From Lama guanicoe (taxonomy: Eukaryota), in contig MU053685.1 of assembly GCA_013239625.1 (NCBI GenBank), positions 10,133 through 50,640 of the forward strand: DNA of 40,508 bases, in the 5' to 3' direction. The notes beneath the pieces are model-generated. The model worked only from the letters and a program-made list of their open reading frames with translations. It had not been told where the DNA came from and searched no databases. Shown one piece after another: positions 37,425 through 40,508 of this stretch; position 1 is the stretch's first letter, and the number at the start of each line of letters is the position of its first letter. Position numbers and translations under genes: made by a program.

Positions 37425-40400
37425 TAGAAAAGTCAGAAGGCAGTGGCAAGACATATTCAAAGTCCAGAATGAAAGAAAGCTGTTATCTAAGATAATATAT
37501 CAAGCAAGTCTACTCTTTAGAATAGAAGGAGAGATAAATATTCTCCACAAAAGCAAATACTTAAAGGATTTAGCAACAGAAAAAGAAATAATGAAACATC
37601 TCTAAAAATAAAGAAGCAGGATGCTATTGAAAGGGGAAATGCATAACTAGAAAGGCAATAGCTAAAATGACTTACAACACAATAAGCATGTTGTTGTAAA
37701 ACAGGACATCAAAATTTTTAAGTGTCAGAGAGTGAAACAGGGCAAAACAGAGAATATTCTCCTTGTTTCTGTTCTCTGTATGATGCGTTTGAATTTGTAT
37801 TCCTTTCAGTTAATATAAACAGACATAGTAACGGGTGAATATACATACAAAATAGGGTAACCATAAGTCAAAATCTTACAATGAAGTCACAAAGACATAA
37901 AAAAAAGCAAGATAATAAAAGAAAACTTACAAAGCCACAAAAAGAAAAAGAAATGAAAAAAAAGGAAATACCAAATCAAATGGAAAATGAAGTTCAAAAT
38001 GGAAATAAACACCAGTTTAACAATAATTGTTACAATTGTTATTGGACTTAGTGCTTCAATCAAAAGATGTATATTGTCAGATGGGATAATATCACAAGAC
38101 CCTACATTATGAAGCATACAAGATGCCCAATTTAGAAAGAGGAACACATTTCAATTCAAAGCCAGAAGATGGAAAAATTTATTCCATGCAAATGCACATG
38201 ACAAGAAAACAGGACTAGCAGTACTGACTTCACACAAAATAGACTTTACAGGAAGGCCATAGAGAAAGATAAACAAGGACATGATATAATGATTAAAGGA
38301 GCCATACAAAATGAGGGTGATATACTCATTAATATATATGCACTCAATATAGGAGCACTTAAATACATAAAGCAAATACTAATAGATAAAAAGGGAGAAA
38401 TCGAAAGGAGCACAATCACAGTAGGTGAATATTACTCCCCATTACCATCACTAGACTGGTCTTTCAGACAGAAAATTAATAAGGGAACAAAGATACTAAA
38501 AGATACGATAAAATAATTGGATTTGGTTGACATTTTCAAAACACTACTTCTCCCAAAATAGAATATAAATTCTTTTCCAGTGAACATGGAAAATTTTTTA
38601 GGAAAGTATATGTACTGAGGCACAGAAGAAGCCTCAACAAATTTAAGAAGATAAAAATTATTTCAAGCATCTTTTCTGAGTATAANNNNNNNNNNNNNNN
38701 NNNNNNNNNNNNNNNNNNNNNNNNNNNNNNNNNNNNNNNNNNNNNNNNNNNNNNNNNNNNNNNNNNNNNNNNNNNNNNNNNNNNNNNNNNNNNNNNNNNN
38801 NNNNNNNNNNNNNNNNNNNNNNNNNNNNNNNNNNNNNNNNNNNNNNNNNNNNNNNNNNNNNNNNNNNNNNNNNNNNNNNNNNNNNNNNNNNNNNNNNNNN
38901 NNNNNNNNNNNNNNNNNNNNNNNNNNNNNNNNNNNNNNNNNNNNNNNNNNNNNNNNNNNNNNNNNNNNNNNNNNNNNNNNNNNNNNNNNNNNNNNNNNNN
39001 NNNNNNNNNNNNNNNNNNNNNNNNNNNNNNNNNNNNNNNNNNNNNNNNNNNNNNNNNNNNNNNNNNNNNNNNNNNNNNNNNNNNNNNNNNNNNNNNNNNN
39101 NNNNNNNNNNNNNNNNNNNNNNNNNNNNNNNNNNNNNNNNNNNNNNNNNNNNNNNNNNNNNNNNNNNNNNNNNNNNNNNNNNNNNNNNNNNNNNNNNNNN
39201 NNNNNNNNNNNNNNNNNNNNNNNNNNNNNNNNNNNNNNNNNNNNNNNNNNNNNNNNNNNNNNNNNNNNNNNNNNNNNNNNNNNNNNNNNNNNNNNNNNNN
39301 NNNNNNNNNNNNNNNNNNNNNNNNNNNNNNNNNNNNNNNNNNNNNNNNNNNNNNNNNNNNNNNNNNNNNNNNNNNNNNNNNNNNNNNNNNNNNNNNNNNN
39401 NNNNNNNNNNNNNNNNNNNNNNNNNNNNNNNNNNNNNNNNNNNNNNNNNNNNNNNNNNNNNNNNNNNNNNNNNNNNNNNNNNNNNNNNNNNNNNNNNNNN
39501 NNNNNNNNNNNNNNNNNNNNNNNNNNNNNNNNNNNNNNNNNNNNNNNNNNNNNNNNNNNNNNNNNNNNNNNNNNNNNNNNNNNNNNNNNNNNNNNNGCCA
39601 ATATCATTGATAAACATAGATGTAAATGTCATTAAGAAATTATTAACAAACAGAATCCAACAGCATGTAAAAAAAATCATACACCATGGTCAAGTTAGAT
39701 TCATCCCAGGAACACAATAATGGTGTAACATATGCAAATCAATCAATCAATTGTGATACACCATATCAAAAAAAGAGAAGACAAAAAACTACATGATAAT
39801 GTCAGTAGATGAAGAAAAAACATTTGAAAACATTTAACACCTATCTGCATAAAAAGTTCTTATCACAATGGGTACAGAGGGACCATATCTCAACATAATA
39901 ATAGCTATTTCTGACAAATATACAGCCAGCAAAACACTCAATGTTGAAAAACTGAAACCCTTCTCAGAAAAACATGAGACAAGGAAATGTTGCCCATTCT
40001 CAGAATTTCAATTAAATAGAGACTTGGAAGTCTTAGCCACAACGATCAGGCAAGAAAATACAATATTGCTACAATAATGAAAATGACATGATATTGGTAC
40101 AGAAACAGGCATATGGACCATTGGAACAGATTAGAGAGCCTAGGAATGAATCTAAAGGCCTATGTTCAATTAAGATTTGATTTGNNNNNNNNNNNNNNNN
40201 NNNNNNNNNNNNNNNNNNNNNNNNNNNNNNNNNNNNNNNNNNNNNNNNNNNNNNNNNNNNNNNNNNNNNNNNNNNNNNNNNNNNNNNNNNNNNNNNNNNN
40301 NNNNNNNNNNNNNNNNNNNNNNNNNNNNNNNNNNNNNNNNNNNNNNNNNNNNNNNNNNNNNNNNNNNNNNNNNNNNNNNNGTAAATCTCCGGAAATATAG

Positions 40401-40508
40401 GCAAAACACTCTGAGATAAATCTCAGCAATCATCTCCTAGAATAGACTACCCAGGGAAGGGATGTAAGATCAAAATTAATAAATAGGACCTAATAAAACT
40501 AAACTTAT
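37425..40508 (+). mobile_element. Duplicated copy of the 2645-7435 LINE-1 (partial; two N-gaps, internal deletion)
   Basis: ORF 38289-38516 (MIKGAIQNEGDILINIYALNIGALKYIKQIL) and ORF 39868-40077 (MGTEGPYLNII). It has the same 5' truncation point as copy A. Confidence 0.9.
38686..39596. other. Assembly gap (N run); other gaps at 3997-4022, 10239-10267, 40185-40380
   Basis: Runs of N, all inside L1 sequence. This gap (911 N) is close to the ~900-bp span of the paralogous region in copy A. Confidence 0.99.

Larger units (their letters stand above)
34779..40508 (+). repeat. Segmental/tandem duplication, copy B (continues beyond the window end)
   Basis: Direct repeat of 1-~6240 at an offset of 34778 at its left end. 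It includes the same unique sequence and the same junctions between three L1 pieces. Confidence 0.95.

Noticed and set aside
38658..40433. Long ORFs (up to 340 aa) in the ORF track
   Set aside because: They are artefacts of translating N-runs.

Overview
This is AT-rich, LINE-1-saturated mammalian DNA that reads like Y-chromosome ampliconic sequence. It is probably camelid, because the youngest L1 5' and 3' ends resemble camelid L1s as I recall them. The only gene is a two-exon HSFY copy on the minus strand (33078-34749). Against human HSFY1 it is a pseudogene with six separate lesions: start ATG>ATA, three 1-nt frameshifts, splice donor GT>GA, and one in-frame TAG. Positions 34779-40508 are a direct, diverged repeat of 1-~6240 (about 86-91% identity in two hand-counted blocks). 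The window therefore appears to span one ~34.8 kb unit of a tandem HSFY array, and another HSFY copy is predicted to start ~30 bp left of base 1. Both upstream regions keep a CRE-like and an RFX X-box-like motif. The rest is nested, decayed L1 of several ages: one near full-length minus-strand element and two tiny L1 3'-tail insertions with perfect TSDs, plus a solo ERV LTR, faint L2/CR1 remnants, microsatellites and four N-gaps. I found no intact protein-coding gene and no evidence of a genuinely new biological system. Most ORFs in the supplied track are L1 fragments, antisense noise or N-run artefacts. Repeat boundaries are approximate.
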